Below, piece after piece: positions 1 to 13,144 of a stretch of 64,000 nucleotides of DNA. Source of the stretch: Octopus vulgaris (Eukaryota); the NCBI GenBank assembly GCA_951406725.2, contig OX597821.1, positions 95,728,001-95,792,000 on the forward strand, written 5' to 3'. Numbering within the stretch: the stretch's first letter is position 1; the number at the start of each line of letters is the position of its first letter. The notes under the pieces are model-generated. The model was given only the letters and a program-made list of their open reading frames with translations, did not search any database and was not told the origin of the DNA. Made by a program: the position numbers and the translations under genes.

Positions 1-163
1 AACCAGAATGTATGAAGAACAAGAGGGGGAGAGAGATAGACAGAAAAGAGATAGTAAAGATAGAAGAGTGCGCATCATAATTATTAGGATAAAACTTACT
101 TTGAAAAGGATGCGTGGCGTTCAATAATATAATAAAATTTAAAATATATAAATATATGTGTAT

Positions 164-1131
164 CATCATCATCATTTAACGTCCGCTTTCCAAACTAGCA
201 TGGGTTGGACGATTTGACTGAGGACTGGCGAACCAGATGGCTGCACCAGGCTCCAATCTGATCTGGCAGAGTTTCTACAGCAGGATGCCCTTCCTAATGC
301 CAACCACTCTGAGAGTGTAGTGGGTGCTTTTACGTGCCACCGGCACAAAGGCAAGTCTGGCGGTACTGGCAACGGCCACGGCCACGCCTGAAATGGTGTT
401 TTTTACGTGCCCCCTGCACAGGAGTCAGTCCAGCGGCACTGGCAATGACCTTGCTCGAATGCTTTGTTCACATGCCACTGGCACAAGTGCGAGTAAGGTG
501 ACGCTGGTAACAATCACACTCAAATGGTGCTTTTTACGTGCCACCGGAATGGAAGCTAGACAGCTGCTCTGGCAGTGATCCTGCTTGGATGAAGCTGTTA
601 GCACACCATTGGCACAGGTGCCAGTCGTCGAATTTGGTTCAATTTCGATTCCGATTTCACTTTCCCCAACAGGTATTTGCAAGCAGAGTTTAGTATCCAA
701 TGAAGGGAGGTTAGCATGGGTGCTAGTCGTCGAATTTGGTTCGATTTCGAATTCAATTTCGATTTCACTTGACTCAACAGGTCTTCGCAAGCAGTGCTTT
801 GTGTCCAAAGAAGGAAAAGTATGCATAGGTGGGCTGGCTACTTCCCTGTTAAAGGCCACGGGTAATGGTCTCACTTGTCCTGCTGGGTCTTCTCACACAC
901 AGCATATTTCCAAAGTTCTCGGTCACTAGTCATTACCTCGGTGAGACCTAATGTTCGAAGGTCATGCTTCCCCACCTCATCCCAGGTTTTCCTGGATCTA
1001 CCTCTTCCACAGGTGACCTCAACTGCTAGGGTATGGCACTTTTTCACACAGCTATCTTCAGCCATTCTCGCTACATGACCATACCAGTGCAATCATCTCT
1101 CTTGCACACCACAACTGATGCTTCTCAGGTC
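164..1131 (-). mobile_element. RTE-clade LINE 3' end (ORF C-terminus, 3' UTR, (ATG)n tail)
   Basis: ORF 871-1092 reads WYGHVARMAEDSCVKKC..GRGRSRKTWDEV..DRELWKYAV, an RTE C-terminus. The 3' UTR and (cat)n tail match the element at 34249-34855. Confidence 0.85.
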
Positions 1132-1311
1132 CACAAGGTACTTAAACTATGCATATACATATATATTTGTACACGCCTACATATATATGTATATATACAT
1201 GCACATATGGGAACAGACTATCTCTTCTCTGTCTATCTCTATGTATGTATATAAATATATTCATTCACCCTTCTACTGTGTTCAATTTAAAAGGATATAG
1301 AATAAGTAAGT

Positions 1312-1342
<31 letters not shown>

Positions 1343-1685
1343 ATTTATATTAGAAAAGATGACACAAGAAAAATATAGTTTGACAAATTAGATAGCTGAA
1401 CACTCTAAAGAAAACAAATGCCTAGATTCTACACATAGTTCTCCCTCATTTTCAATTTAAAATTGAAACTTCTAATCCTGCTCAGAATTATCTAGAAATG
1501 ATTTTCACATTTACAATAACTGGCCGCTAGGGTACACCACAATTCTGAATTTGCTATAATGCTTTGAATGTTAATCCTTCATCAAAAGCATAGGAGGGGT
1601 AAGAGAGAGTGTGGGGTGAAAAAAAATTAAATTTTCTTAATTTTTCTATTTTTTATTTACTTTTTTTTATCATTTTCGTTCATAG

Positions 1686-2085
1686 GATCCAACAGGCAAA
1701 TTTGACTCCAGTTCGAAGGTACATGAAACCAAACCAAACAATAAAGTCACCCATGACAATACTCATACTTTGCATGACTCAAAATTTCCCAACCCTGGGG
1801 CGATTGAGCTATCCCCAGGGGTTAGAGTAGCACAACCATTATTTCCTACTTCTCCAGAGCACATTCCCGTTGAATTCTTTACTTCGCGAAGGCATTTTTC
1901 CTATGAATTACAACACAGCCGTAGCAACTCTGAAGAAGCGAATGATAAACATCAGAAATTTCGGCTAGAACCACTTTTCCGTGTGGTGAGCAAGGAAAAA
2001 ATGTTTACTGTTACCCCTGTACCAGATGTCCCAAACACCCATCCCATAAGGGGGAAGAAAGTTACCAAATGATCCCAGAGGAAGT
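1686..2085 (+). CDS. Candidate host coding exon, low-complexity protein (DPTGKFDSSSKVHE...MFTVTPVPD...VTK*)
   Basis: Long pyrimidine tract and catAG acceptor at 1684-85, open frame 1686-2072, and a GTAAGT donor at 2086. The sequence is not repetitive and has no TE motifs. Confidence 0.5.
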
Positions 2086-2801
2086 GTAAGTAGCATTGCT
2101 GAAGCAAGGGATGGCTGTAGTGTGTGTATGCATCGATACTTGTGTGTGAATTAGTGGGAAGAATGTGTAAGGTTAGTCAGTAATATTGATTTTAAATTTT
2201 GGCTCAAGGCCAGCAAGTTCAGGGAAGGAAGTAAGTCAATTACATCAACCCCAGTGTTCAACTGCTACTTACTTTATAGACCCTGAAATGACGAAAGACA
2301 AAGTCAGCCTCTGCACAATTTGAACTCAGAACATAAAAGACAGAGGAAACGCCTCTAAGCATTTTACCCAGTGTGCTAATGATTCTGCCTTAATGTTAGT
2401 CAGTAACATTAACTCTACTCTTATCTGCAAGCCTTGGTAAAGCGGGAATAAATATTTGTGAAGGTATGTGTATATGTATGAATTGTTGGACAGGATGTGT
2501 ATAGTGAGTGATATACAGTCAGAAGAATGTGTAAATATGGATGTGTGTATGTGTGTGGCATTAACTAGTGTATTTCTAGTAGCCAGAATGTACAGTGTGC
2601 ACATGGCTATATATGTGGAAACAGTGTATATTTGTGTGTATGTGTGTAGGGGGTTATCTGTTCAAACAGTGTATGTTTGTGCATCTGTGTGCTTGTGATT
2701 GTGTATTTAAAAATGCATATATTTTATGTATATAGGTGAAAATCATGATGATATTGGTATGCATGTGTAGTTATCTTTCCATAAAATAGGAATATGTGTA
2801 G

Positions 2802-2835
<34 letters not shown>

Positions 2836-3198
2836 TTTAGACACATGTTTCCTTCATGTGGTTATGTTTGAAACTGGAGACATAACGTATGTATATAACA
2901 ATAAACAACCCCCATCGCCCACAAAAAATAACCGAGTATGCATGGTAGGTTTGAAACCCAGACATCATTTGCTCCTTATTCGTATCGGTGATTTTCTTCT
3001 TGAGCAATGGCCCAGACAGATATCAAAGATCCACTGTGCATCTGTGTGCTTGTGGTTGTGTATTTAAAAATTCATATATTTTATGTGTATAGGTGAAAAT
3101 CATGATGACAGTGGTATGCATGTGTAGTTATCTTTCCATGAAAGAGAAATGTGTGTGTGTCTATACACCTCTATTCATATATATAAGGAGTGTATATA

Positions 3199-3261
<63 letters not shown>

Positions 3262-3269
3262 ATATATAT

Positions 3270-4320
3270 TTAAGGATGTTCCCTGGTTCAAGTGAATCTG
3301 AGGATTCTTGCATGTTCAGCTATGCATAACTTACAACGCTTCATCCTGTTGATGTATATGCTTTAGTTCTGGAGGATTTTCCATGAGATTGTGTATGGAA
3401 TCCCATCAACTCTTAGTTGCCAGATCTGGCTGGCCAATGATGTCACATATCTCATTTCTGGCACTCTGAAGGAGGACCTGTGGTTGGAGAGACATCGCTT
3501 AAAAGAGTTCCTAGAACATCCAATGTGTCTCCATGGTTGTGTGTTGTCGGTGCTGTATGTGTTGTTATGGTTGTTGTAGCTGCTACAGCTGACATTGTTG
3601 TCTTTGGAGCTGGGGCTGTTGGTGTTGGTGTCACTGGAGGTGATGTTAGCATTGGTTATGGTATCACCACTGCTGGTTATGGCGAAGGCACTGTTGTGTT
3701 ATTGTGTTATTGTTGATAATGCTGGTGCTGATGGCAATGCTGCTGCTGTTGTTGTTATTGTTTGGGATGTTGCCATCGGAGGAACTGCCAATGGAGATAC
3801 ATTGAATGTTCTGGGAACTCTTTTAAGCAACATCTCTCCAACCACAGTTCCTCCTTCAGAGTTCTGGAAAGAAGATACATAACATCACTAGCCAGCCATT
3901 TCTGGCAACTAAGAGATGATGGGATTCCATACTCGATCTCAGGGAAAAGAACTCAGGCCTCTACATCAACGGGATGAAGCATTGCAAGTTATGCATAGCT
4001 GTACATGCAAGAATCCTAACAGACTCACTTGCACCAGGGAGTATCCTTAATTCCAGAATGGATTTTTTCGGACCATGTTTATATTTCAGGAGGCTTCTGC
4101 TAGCCTTCTGGTGCCCGCAAGATTGTGGCACAACTGGAAGTTAATGGTCATTAGCAAAGGGAGATAATTCCCAGTCGTTATCTTTGAGTTGCGAGGCATT
4201 TCCCCCTCCATATTTTTAAGAGGTCTTGGGCCAACAGGTTTTCAGGATCTGACAATACGCCATAAAGCTAAACCCTTTATGGACAGGAAACCTAAGGTAA
4301 TCCCATAAACCAGCCTTCTC
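3270..4320 (+). mobile_element. Penelope-like element 3' remnant: GIY-YIG endonuclease end, hammerhead-bearing terminus, and an inverted copy at 3270-3536
   Basis: Translation YIECSGNSFKQHLSNHSSSFR..TSLASHFWQLRDDGIPYSI resembles a GIY-YIG domain. 3270-3536 is the diverged reverse complement of about 3790-4050. Confidence 0.7.
4245..4303 (+). ncRNA. Degenerate type I hammerhead ribozyme
   Basis: GGAT-CTGACAA-..CCATAAAG/CTTTATGG..-GAAA-CC TAA GG-TA-ATCC. Stem I is GGAT/ATCC, stem II has 8 bp, stem III is present and the cleavage triplet is GUA. Core G8 is changed to A. Confidence 0.65.
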
Positions 4321-4393
4321 TATTTTTAATATATATATATATATAGATATATATGTCTGTGTGTGTATATATACATATGTGTGTGCTTCTATA

Positions 4394-4460
<67 letters not shown>

Positions 4461-6230
4461 ATATGCATATATATATATGTGTTTGTGTGTATATATATAT
4501 ATATGTATATGTGTGTGTATATATATATATATATATACACACACACAAACACATATATGTATGTACGTATTTTAAACACATGTTTCCTTCATGTGGTTGT
4601 CTTTGAAATTGAAGACATAGCGTATGTATATAGCAATAAACAACCCCCACCGCCCACAAAAAATAACCGAGTATGCATGGTAGGTTTGAAACCCAGACAT
4701 CCCACTTTGCATCATCTGCTCCTTATTCATATCGGTAATTTTCTTCTTGAGCAATGGCCCAGACAGACATCAAAGATCCACTGGACTGACATGTCCCCTG
4801 AGAAATGACATGGGGACTGAGCCCTCACTAATGACCCAACAACCCATTAAAAGTCACTGGATATTTTCATTTTCACACACACAGACATGTTTATATATTT
4901 AAAGAATGTTTTTTATAAATATAAAACAGTGGATATAATTTGAAGAAAAGACTCAAGTCATCATTAATATCATTATTATTATTGTCTATGTTTATGTACT
5001 AAGTTCAAATTTCGTTGTGGTAGACTTTACCTTTCATCCTTTCAGAGTCAACAAAATTAGTTAATTAGTACCAGTTGAGCACTGGGGTCAATGCAATTAA
5101 TTATTCCCCTTCCCCAAAATTTCAGGCCTTGTACCTATAAGGGAAATATTATTAATATTATTAATTATTTTATTGACTGTAACTTTGAAGTTTTGCAAGT
5201 AGTTGACTTTGTCAGGCAACAGTCTTGATAAGGCCAACTACTGAGGAAACCTTAAAGTCACTGGCAAAGCTTGCTCCCTGACCCCCTGGTTCTAGGTTCC
5301 ATGTGGCATCTTGGGCAAGTGTCTTCTACTATCTCCCCAGGCTGACCAAAGCCTTGTGAGTAGATTTTGTAGATGGGAAGTGAAAGAAGCCTGTAGCATA
5401 TATATATGTTTATACCTATGTGTGCATCTTGTGCATGCATCTGTTTACATTGCTATAACCTAACGGTTTAGAAAAAAGAAAACAATTGAATAAATAGCAG
5501 GCCTTAGAAGACAAAAAGTATTGCGGTTGATTTCTTTGACTAAACTCTTCAAGGCAGTACCCCAGCATGGCCAAAGTTTAATGACTGAAACAAATGGATA
5601 ACAAGTGAAAGACATTAATATACACATTCACATCCATACACAGATATGTAATTATCATAATTTTTTTTGTCTACTTTTCATATTGATATTAATTGAGAAA
5701 GTTTTCATGGTCCATATTAGTTCTTATTCAGAGTTTCTGCTCTCCAAGATGGATTAGATGACCACGTTTCACTTGTACATTCTATTTTTGGCATAGTTTC
5801 TGCAGCTGGTGGTCCAATCACTTTGCAGAGTATACTGAGGGTATTTTATCATGGTACTGATAACTATGCTGCATTGGATATGCGATATAAGTATCCACGA
5901 ATGACATAGTACAAATGTGCTGAAAGAAAAAGTAGGCTTAAAAGGAATTGGACGTAGTGGACAATAAAGAAGACTGTGTTGATATGGACAGCTGTATGGA
6001 TGAGGACAGTTATATAAAGAAGTAGTTCTTACATAAAGAAGTACTTAATGTGAATGGAGTTTGCAGAAGAAGGAAACCCAGGAAGACAGAGGACGAATGG
6101 TTGAAGGCTGCTCCCAAGACCTTGAACCTCACGGAGGAGATGAGAAGGGACCAGGTAACTGGTGATATGTGGATATCGAGAAAACCTGCCCACATCAGCA
6201 AAACTAAGTTCTGTGTGTGCTGTATGAATA

Positions 6231-7059
6231 TCTATATATATAAAACTCAACTTGTGTGTCTGTGTGTGTATCTGTGTGTTTAACTTCCCGGCATATCTCC
6301 TCCTAGCCAACAAATCGTAGAACCACCAAAAATGGGTCACTTAAAGTTTAGGCGAATGAAAATTGAACTACGCTATTTCTGTTCTGAAATTCATCTCGCA
6401 AGTGCAAAAATCGATAATGTGTTTGTTTAGGCCTTATCCCATCCATTGAATAGGAAACTTTACTCAGTCAGCTGTTGGACGTGGACTGTGTTCACCACGC
6501 ATGCATGCAAGCATGCGTAAATTGCATGAAAAATAAAAAAATCAAGATGTAAAAACGAATCGTCGTAAATATTGAAGAAATACGGCAAAGAAATGAATTT
6601 TCGGGATGTAGCCTGGAGGGATTTTTCGTATTAATCGTTTGGACTTTGTGAACACATACCAATTGTTTTCATAACATTTTTAACGCTTTGAATTAAATGT
6701 GACCATTTTGTGTCGAGTTTGCAGTTTGAATCACTTTAACCAAATTTTAGCAGGCCGGATTTTTGATCATCACGATACATCGCCAGTGACTCCATGAAAC
6801 TCTCCTCTGAAATCCCCGTTGAGAAATACTGATCTAAAAGAATAATTCAACAATGCAATTATTTGATCAACAAAAATTTATGAAATGCTTCTACGTACTT
6901 CCTATTGAGGAAATGGAACACATAAGCACAAAAATAGAGGACATTAAATGCTTGATTTTAAAACCAAAATAATTGTATTTTGATTGAACTTCATCCAAGT
7001 TTAGCTTAATTCGCTCGTGCATAGAACGCATGAGCGCACAAGCCGGGCAATACTGCTAG
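6231..7059 (+). mobile_element. Non-autonomous Helitron (about 830 bp)
   Basis: 5' end A|TCTATATATATAAAA, subterminal hairpin cgctcgtgc/gcatgagcg (7012-7036), 3' end CTAG|T. Inserted into an AT dinucleotide with no TSD. Confidence 0.8.
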
Positions 7060-7239
7060 TTATATATATATGCAGTGGCCCAGCAACAAAATTTGCTAAG
7101 GGGGTGCAAACCCAGGTCCTAATTTCTTTATGAAAAATGTGGATTTTTCCAATGTTAACATTAAAACAAGTGCAGGTATAATAATAATTTTTATTATTAT
7201 GAGGGTCAGCTGAAATGTTCATAATCTGAGCAAGACACT

Positions 7240-7705
7240 CTCAATGGAATGTGACCAAATGAAGTTCATTTTCTGACATAGTTCCTCTTACTGTCCACAC
7301 ACTTCCATAAGTAGTTGCAGTGCTTGGGTCGCACTGGTGAAAAAGCTTTTCTGTTGATCAAAATGGTCATCAACAACAGATAAGATGTTCTCATCATAGT
7401 GATACTGGTGCTCAGCTGAGTGTTTTTCTATGTTGGGAAACAGATGATAACCAGAAGGAACCAAATCACTAACATAGGGAGGGTAATCAACCAGTTCAAA
7501 GCCAGTTGCACACAGCAGCCATTGAAACCAGGGATTTGCATGCTGAAGCATTGTCCAAATGAAACAAGACTCCATTCATCAGTTTTTGGGTGTTTGGTCT
7601 TGATAGCCTTTCATAACTACCTTAGGAAGTTGGTATTGAAATTTTCCATTGATGGTGTAATCATTTTGAAGATAGCCAATAAACACAATATCTTTTGCAT
7701 TAATG
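7240..7705 (-). mobile_element. Degenerate mariner transposase C-terminal fragment
   Basis: FELVDYPPYVSDLVPSGYHLFPNIEK matches the mariner YSPDLAPSDYHLF motif; frameshifted. Confidence 0.8.
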
Positions 7706-8599
7706 CATAGTATATGTAATAATGTGAAGTATATTTTGCATATTAAAATGTTTAATTTTGGAAATGCATCAATCAGAGCTAAGATAAGCAGTAAAAATAC
7801 AAATTGCAAGTATTTCAAAATGACAAAAACTAACAAAAAAAAAAAGCAGGAAGAAAATAGTGGTGCTTGTGTTCCAAAGGTACAATGAGAAGGCTCAGGA
7901 GAAGGATAGAGAGATGGGGTACAGGGAAGGAAGTTAGAAGGAAAGAAAAGAATGAAAAGTGAAAAGATAAACTGGGGATCTGAAATGAGTACTAGGCAGG
8001 AGTTTGGCTCCTGTGCCGGTGGCACGTAAAAAAGCACCCACTACACTCTCAGAGTGGTTGGCATTAGGAAGGGCATCCAGCTGTAGAAACACTGCCAGAT
8101 CAGACTGGAGCCTGGTGCAGCCTCCTGGCTTTCCAGGCCCCAGTCGAACCGTTCAACCTATGCCAGCATGGAAAATGGACATTAAACAATGATGTTTTAC
8201 CTATGCACTGGTCAAGTATAAAAACGATGAGTGATAAAAAATTGGGTTGTTTTTTGGTACCAAAAAAGTGAAGAAAGAGAGTAGAGAAGGTTAGGGAAGA
8301 GCAAGTAGAAAGAAAGAGAGAGTGCGGAGAAATAAGGGAATAAAGATAGACAGTAGGTAGTTGACAGAGATGGACAGAGGAAGGAATGGAAGGCAGTAAA
8401 GAGAGAAAAGCAGCAGATAGGTAGAGAGGTATGTAGAGGGGAGAGGAGAAGGACAGAGAAATAGATAGAAAAGAGAGACAGTCTTGCACCAAATATTGAA
8501 CACTGTGTAGGGTACCACTGAGTGGGAACAGAAGTGAGTGTGTGACATTACATTGACTAACAGACCTAAAATACTGCACAGAAAGTCAACACACACACA

Positions 8600-10935
8600 C
8601 ACATATATAATGATAAAGGAAATTGTTGTATACAGTGTTCAGGTGCACTACAAATAAAAAGACAAAAAAATGGCCATCAGGTGTACTGTTGGCGGATTTC
8701 AGGATACATGGAAGTTTTGAAGGATGTAGTGTCTCGACAGCTAACAACTGTTGCGGGTGGTTTATTCCATGCTTCTGCAATTCTGAGCATGAAAAATTAT
8801 TTCTGAAAGTCGTGGGTGCTGTGTTGTTTTTTGATTTTATAAGCATGTCCGTGAGTGTTTGTCATATGGAATTCAAAAAGGTACCCAAGGCTGTTGTTGG
8901 TGGATCGTCTTGTGGGTGTCAATCAAGTTAGTTGCCAGACGTCTGAGCTTCAATGTGTCCATGCCTAGGAATGCAAGACGTTCAGAGTATGGTAGATGTC
9001 TGACAGTAGGTATTCGCTTTGCTGCACATTTCTGACCAGTTTCCAGGAGATATATATGCTGAGCAAGAGAGGGGTTCCAGACTGGTGATGCAAATTCCAA
9101 GTGTGGACATACTATTGTTGTATACAATTTTAAGTAGATAGCTGGAGAGTGGCTGACAAAGGTCTTACTGAGTGATGCTAGTACCCACTCAGCCTTTTTG
9201 ACAATCTTTGATATGTGGTTTGTCCAATGCAGATTGTTGTTTACAATAATACCTAGATCATGTCCACTAGAAGACTTCTTGAGATTAGTGTTGCTGAGGG
9301 AGTATGTAGAGGCTGGATTTTTCCTCCCAAAATGCATGGTGACACACTTGTCTACAGCTAGCTTGAGTTGCCAGTCAGAGGTCCACTGCTGCATTGTATC
9401 CAGGTCTGATTGCAGGATAGGATCTGTTCTTTTTATTCCAAGGTACAGCTTGATGTCATCTGCATATTTCAGCACTGAAACATTCCTCAAATTGGCATCA
9501 ATATTATTAATATAATGCAACCAACAGTAAGGGTCCAAGAACCGATCCCTGTTGTACACCAGAAGTAATCTCGTAGGATGAAGAACAATGTCCTAGAATC
9601 GTAACTACATCTTTCTGGCCGAGAATGAAGGACTTCAAGCCAGTTATAGAGATCATCCTTCACACTCACTGCAGGGAGTTTTACCATGAGTCGTTTTTGT
9701 GGTACAGAGTTGAAGGCTTTAGCAAAATCAGGGTAGACAGTATCCACCCATGAGCTGCCATCAATAACTCAGGTGATGTCCTCAAGAAACTCGACTACAG
9801 CAGCTGGAGTTGGGGATAAAAACAAATTGTGAGGGCTAAATAAGGCTGTGAGAGCACAAAAAGTTCCAGAGTGTTTCCCTGACACAGGATTCCATCAGTT
9901 TGGTGATGCAGCTAGTAAGGCTGACTGGAGGGTAGTTGACAGGTGATGTGAGATCACCTGTTTTGAACAGGGGAATAACATTGGCAATTTTCCAATGCTC
10001 TGAAGTGACACAGTTGTTAAGGCAGAATTGACAAAAGGAAGAAAGCTGGTGCAATAGAAAGAACTCACCACGTTTGAGAAGAAAATAAGTTACACCATCA
10101 AGACCAGGAGAGGCATAGTTGCGCTTATTCTTGAGGTGGTCTCACAGCATTGTGGGTGTGAAGTTCACAGATGTTATGGAATTTAATGTCAGAGTTGGTG
10201 AAGAAGATACATTGGGGTTATCAGCAGTAAAAATGCCAGCATAGCATTCAGCAATAAGCTCAGTGCATTCCTTGGTGTCATCAGTCATCTGACCTGTGTG
10301 GGGATCGTGAAGAGGGCCAGTTAGGGAGTGAGAACTCTGTTTTGAACGCACATATTTTCAGAACACTTTGCTGTCAGGGCTATCTGCCAATTGCTATACA
10401 TCGTTCAAACTCAAGCACTGCCTTTTTCGTTGCTTGCTTGAGTCGGTTAGATGATCTGTTGCATCTTCTTCTGCTCTCATCTGTTCTATGCTGTCTGTAT
10501 TTCTGTTCAGCATCACAACGATCTTTCCTGGCAAGTCAAACTGCTGCAGTCTCCCAAATTGCATTGTTTTTATTTCTAGAGCGTTTGTACAGTAGTGATG
10601 CTTCACATGCAATCCAGACTGCACTGAGGATATTTTGAAAAACAGTATTGATATCCCCTGGATTGTAAAATTCAAACCAGTTTAGGTGTCGTAACTCCTT
10701 ACGGTAACAGTTCCAGTCAAAGCGAGTGGCTTGACGGTGGTGGTGCTTCTTGTTTCTGTCTACAAGAGACAGAATGGCAATGATCATAGCATGATTGGAG
10801 TCACTTAGAGGTTCCTTTGTCACAACACTGATAACAGTTCTAGGAGAGGTGGTAAAGAGCAGGTCCAAATGGTTATTACCAACGAAACGTTTCCCATTCA
10901 ATTTCAGGGTGGCTGAAGTCACCAGTAATGAAAAT
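8600..10935 (-). mobile_element. CR1-group LINE ORF2 remnant (APE end, RT, C-terminus)
   Basis: NNHLDLLFTT..SDSNHAMI, WKIANVIPLFK..NYPPVSLTS, DFAKAFNSVP, KYADDIKLY, CPHLEFASPVWNP and THGHAYKI..WNK motifs. Many stops and frameshifts. Confidence 0.9.
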
Positions 10936-11004
10936 ATATGTGGCTGTTATATATATAGAACATCTAGCATTGTAGGTGTTCTAACACCAGCTGGGCGGTA
11001 AGAA

Positions 11005-11415
11005 TAGGCACAGACATGGCTATGTGGTAAGAAACTTGCTTCCCAACTACATGGTTCCTGGTTCAGTTCCACTGCATGACACCTTCGGCAAGTTTCTTCT
11101 ACTATAGCCTTAGGCTTACTAAAGCCTTGTGGGAGGATTTGATAAACAGAAACTGAAAGAATCTGGCGAGCTGGCAGAATCGTTAGCACGCCGGGCAAAA
11201 TGCTTAGCAGTATTTCTTCTGCTGCTATGTTCTGAGTTCAAATTTCACCGAGGTCGACCTTGCCTTTCATCCTTTCGAGGTCAATTAAATAAGTACCAGT
11301 TACGCACTGAGGTCGATATAATTGTCTTAATCCATTTGTCTGTCCTTGTTTGTCCCCTCTGTGTGTAGCCCCTTGTGGACAGTAAAGAAATAGGAAACTG
11401 AAAGACGCCCATCGT
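11005..11415 (+). mobile_element. tRNA/CORE-type SINE with a nested Nin-domain SINE (about 11165-11392)
   Basis: ggcacagacatggctatgtggtaag head; gcctttcatcctttcgaggtcaattaaataagtacc Nin/Deu domain; gaaactgaaaga duplicated on both sides of the insert. Confidence 0.75.
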
Positions 11416-11416
11416 G

Positions 11417-11451
<35 letters not shown>

Positions 11452-11509
11452 ATATGTATATAGACATACATATATATATACATATATATATATACATATA
11501 TATATAATC

Positions 11510-12475
11510 CTCCTCCTCATCATCATCGCTTTATGTCTGCTTTCCATGCTGGCATGGGTTGGACTGTTTGACTGAGGACTTGAGAACCAGAGGCTGCACC
11601 AGGTTCAGTCTGATCTGGCAAAGTTTCTACAGCTGGATGCCCTTCCTAATGCCAACCACTCTGAGACTGTAGTGGGTGCTTTTACCTGCCACCAGCATGA
11701 GGGCCAGTCAGGTAGTTCTGGCAGCGAACACGCTCAAGAGGTGTTTTTACGTGCCACTAGCACATGTGCCAGTAAAGCAAGGCTGGCAATGGTCATCCTC
11801 GAATGGTACTTTTCATGTGTCACCAGCATGGGAGCAAATCTGTGGCCCTGGCAATGACCGTGCTTGGATGTGCTTTTAACGTTCCACTGGCATGAGTGCC
11901 AATCAGGCGGTACTGTCATCGGCCACGTCAGCGATTTTGATTTGTTTACACTTGCCTCGATAGGTCTTTGCAAGTAAAATTCATTGTCCAATGAATGAGG
12001 GGTACTCATAAGTGGGCTGGTTACACCCCACGTTTGGATGTGCTTTTAATGTTACACTGGCATGAGTGCCAATCAGGCGGTACTGTCATCGGCCACATCA
12101 GAAATTTTGATTTTGATTTCACTTGCCTTAATAGGTATTCACAAGCAAAGTTAATTGTCCAATGAATGAGGGGGTATTCATAAATGCGCTGGTTATACCC
12201 ACTGGCATAGGCCATGGGCTATGGTCTCACTTGACTTGTCGGGTCTTCTGAAGCACAGCATATCTCCAAAGGTCCCAGTCACTAGTCATTGCCTTGGTAA
12301 GGCCCAATGTTGAAAGGTCGTGCTTCACCACCTCATCCCAGGTTTTCCTGAGTCTATCTCTTCTACAGATACCCTTAACTTCTAGGGTGTGACACTTTTT
12401 CACGCAGCTGTCCTCATTCATTCACAACACATGACCATACCAGTGCAGTCATCTCTCTTGCACACCTCATCTGAT
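11510..12475 (-). mobile_element. RTE LINE 3' end (paralog about 39730-40698)
   Basis: ORF 12227-12421 is an RTE C-terminus, followed by the 3' UTR and (cat)n tail. Confidence 0.85.
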
Positions 12476-12559
12476 TATATATATATATATATATACATGT
12501 AGTGGATCTTGCATGCATGTTAAATTAACACTGCAACAGAACTTTTCCCACAGTGGAAC

Positions 12560-12980
12560 AATGGTGTTTCTGTGACAGCAGTTTTACATTTTCCAGGTAA
12601 TCTTGCCCCCATCCTCCATGAAATCCCCTTCCCCTGTCCTCAGAAATTTCCAGGAAGTGTTTTCCTAAGTAATTTCCATGGAGTAATTCCTCCTCAGAAC
12701 TTTCGAGGTAATTTCGTCCCCTTGGGCTTTTCCAGGTATTCTCATTCCCACCCTCGGACCTTTCCCGGTAATCTTATCCCGGGCACTTTCCAGGACGTAT
12801 CTTCCCCCTTCCTCGAAACTTTCTAGGCAGTAGTTTTTCGGAACTTTGCAGGTAATTCTGTCCCCTTCCCTGGACTTTTTCAGGTAATCTCTTACCCGGA
12901 ACTTTCCTGGACGTAATTCCCCCACACTCCTTGGAACTTTCCAGGATGTCTCCTTCCTCAGAACTTTCCAGGAAAGAGTG
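12560..12980. repeat. Degenerate tandem repeat (about 35-bp period) built on GGAACTTTCCAGG (paralog about 40820-41190)
   Basis: About 10-12 recurrences of (g)gaactttccagg / ttttccaggta. Confidence 0.75.
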
Positions 12981-13144
12981 GTTATGCACCTTCTGTCATT
13001 TGAGTCTAACAAGTTACCTATATTGTTAAGTGCCTTATGCATGAGAAACCAATGGTCACTCTATGACGGGCCATAACAATTGACTTCCTAAAAAAGATAT
13101 ATTACTGCTCTAATGCTTTAGAGCATACTTCCTTTTCGGACATA

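Larger units (their letters stand above)
2680..4783. repeat. Local duplication: about 2680-2800 ~ 3036-3155 and about 2822-3035 ~ 4556-4783; second unit interrupted by a PLE remnant
   Basis: Near-identical blocks, e.g. cccacaaaaaataaccgagtatgcatggtaggtttgaaacccagacat occurs twice. Confidence 0.8.

Noticed and set aside
3480-3882. Val/Gly/Ala-rich, membrane-like ORFs
   Set aside because: Trinucleotide-rich spacer of the inverted repeat, with no splice or domain support.
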